Part shown: positions 62,932 to 64,000 of the stretch, one piece after another | Position numbering within the stretch: position 1 is the stretch's first letter | Layout of the letters: each line of letters begins with the position of its first letter | NCBI GenBank assembly: GCA_028683835.1 | Contig: JAQUHB010000001.1 | Coordinates: forward strand, 65,060 to 129,059 | DNA length: 64,000 bases | DNA from: Sulfurimonadaceae bacterium | GTDB taxonomy: Bacteria > Campylobacterota > Campylobacteria > Campylobacterales > Sulfurimonadaceae | Direction: 5' to 3' | Made by a program: the position numbers and the translations under genes | Notes under the pieces: model-generated | What the model was told of the DNA's origin: nothing | The model's input: the letters and a program-made list of their open reading frames with translations, nothing else | Database searches by the model: none

Positions 62932-64000
62932 ATAATCCCTCTATCATCTTTATCAACTCTTCTGGACGATTCGAATAAGCAATCGCATTCTCTTTTGAAA
63001 TAATTTTCTTTCGTAAAAAATCTATAATCTCTTGAGATTGCGTTGTCATATTTGTACCTTGTTGATTTAACTGCATTTGAGAATAAAGTTGATGCACCTT
63101 GTCTTCACGAATAAGATTGGAAATTGCTGGATTTGTGACTAAAAGTTCTTGCGCTGCAATACGCCCTCCGCCGATTCTAGGAATCAAAGCCTGAGAGATA
63201 ATAGCGATAAGTGAAGTAGATATCTGAGCACGGATTTGAGGCTGTTCTTCGCCACTAAATACGTCGATAATACGGTTAATGGTTCCGGGTGCAGAGTTGG
63301 TATGCAAGGTTCCAAAGACTAAGTGACCAGTTTCTGCGGCTGTTAGTGCGGCTGAAATAGTCTCTTTATCACGCATCTCACCGATAAGGATAACATCAGG
63401 ATCTTGACGCAGGGCATATTTGAGAGCAGTATGAAATCCATTGGTATCAGTTCCGACATTTCTTTGAGAGAAGAGACATTTTTTATTTTTATGGACAAAC
63501 TCAACAGGATCTTCTACGGTGATGATATGTTTTTTCTCTGTCTCATTGATCTCGTTTAGCATCGCTGCAAGAGTCGTTGATTTACCGCTTCCCGTAGGTC
63601 CGGTAACAAGGATAAGACCTTTTTCGCGTTTGATAAGTTCTTTAAAGATCTTTTTTGCGTTAAGATCATCAAGTGAAGGTATTTCAGTTGGAATAATACG
63701 AAAAGCACAAGCGAGATCACCCATAGTTTTGTAATAGTTACAACGAAACCGACCCACATCAGGAAGCATAATCGCAAAGTCCAACTCATTAAACTCTTCA
63801 AAATCTTTCTTTTGCTTTTCTGTAAGGAGAGAATAAGCCATATCTGTGATCATGTCCCCATCAAGTTGTGGAAGATTAAGTGGAACAAGTCTTCCATCTC
63901 TTCGTATTTGAGGTTCAGCATGAGAAACTAAGTGTAAGTCAGAAGCTTTGTAAGCAACAACACTTTTTAAAAGTTTTTTTATATCTAATTTTTGAACTTC
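62930..64000 (-). CDS. pilT: type IV pilus retraction ATPase PilT (5' end just outside the window)
   Basis: It has a Walker A motif (GPTGSGKST) and other PilT-type motifs (GHLVFGTLHT, AAQELLV). The frame stays open upstream of the track's Met to position 64000, reading EVQKLDIKKLLKSVVAYKASDLHLVSHAEPQIRRDG, a typical PilT N-terminus. Confidence 0.88.
   Translation of the reverse strand, partial: EVQKLDIKKLLKSVVAYKASDLHLVSHAEPQIRRDGRLVPLNLPQLDGDMITDMAYSLLTEKQKKDFEEFNELDFAIMLPDVGRFRCNYYKTMGDLACAFRIIPTEIPSLDDLNAKKIFKELIKREKGLILVTGPTGSGKSTTLAAMLNEINETEKKHIITVEDPVEFVHKNKKCLFSQRNVGTDTNGFHTALKYALRQDPDVILIGEMRDKETISAALTAAETGHLVFGTLHTNSAPGTINRIIDVFSGEEQPQIRAQISTSLIAIISQALIPRIGGGRIAAQELLVTNPAISNLIREDKVHQLYSQMQLNQQGTNMTTQSQEIIDFLRKKIISKENAIAYSNRPEELIKMIEGL

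Noticed and set aside
1-64000. A search for CRISPR arrays, IS elements, prophage or integrative elements, toxin-antitoxin pairs and secondary-metabolite clusters.
   Set aside because: I saw no regularly spaced direct repeats, no transposase, integrase, phage structural or NRPS/PKS-like ORFs, and no small adjacent ORF pairs with toxin-antitoxin characteristics. The only repeats found are the regulatory palindromes, the iterated TACATGTA motif and the 24-bp tandem repeat reported above.

Overview
This is a 64-kb chromosomal window from a low-GC genome that looks like Campylobacterota (epsilonproteobacteria). That assignment is an inference from gene content and from two synteny blocks I recall from Campylobacter jejuni: IMPase-accD-...-rlmH-dksA-membrane protein-dus, and cvpA-fur-lysS-glyA-hypothetical-SPOR protein-aroE. 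I call about 59 protein genes and one tRNA-Thr(UGU). I see no rRNA, CRISPR array, transposase, integrase or phage genes.

Gene content in order:
- 1-11 kb, housekeeping: gltB (5' partial), gltD, accD, thiE, rlmH, dksA-like, dusB.
- 11-15 kb and 27-32 kb, a split nitrate-assimilation set: porin / nasA, then nirA / narK plus a fused PP2C phosphatase-Ser/Thr kinase.
- 14.6-17.2 kb, an oxidative-stress cluster: desulforubrerythrin, Dps-like ferritin, haem-binding protein.
- Five c-di-GMP turnover proteins with different partner genes.
- ybgA-phrB-pdxH.
- A UbiD-family decarboxylase.
- SRPBCC-gpx, then hemH, a CrtI-like oxidoreductase and a LytS/LytTR two-component pair.
- CheX-like-fliN-fliO.
- uvrA-mltA-recR.
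- aroE, trpE, glyA, lysS, fur, cvpA, a class II DAHP synthase and pilT (5' end runs off the window).

Most interesting observations:
1. An essentially identical bidirectional regulatory cassette lies in both divergent nitrate-assimilation promoter regions. It is centred on a 25-bp perfect palindrome with a 23-bp identical core, and the geometry to four -10 boxes and four start codons is mirrored. No matching regulator family is obvious.
2. A membrane-anchored PP2C-phosphatase/Ser-Thr-kinase fusion sits 6 nt downstream of narK.
3. The palindrome TACATGTA / TTACATGTAA is strongly over-represented inside coding sequence, in all reading frames. All copies lie in the central 40 kb.
4. hemH, a CrtI-like flavoprotein, a LytS-type kinase and a LytTR regulator form a chain of overlapping genes.
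5. Sensor-partner pairings around the GGDEF/EAL genes include a PhnD-like binding protein and a Sco-like thioredoxin-fold protein, plus a probable homopolymer frameshift.

All counts were made by eye from the sequence. All family assignments are motif-level recognition, not database searches.
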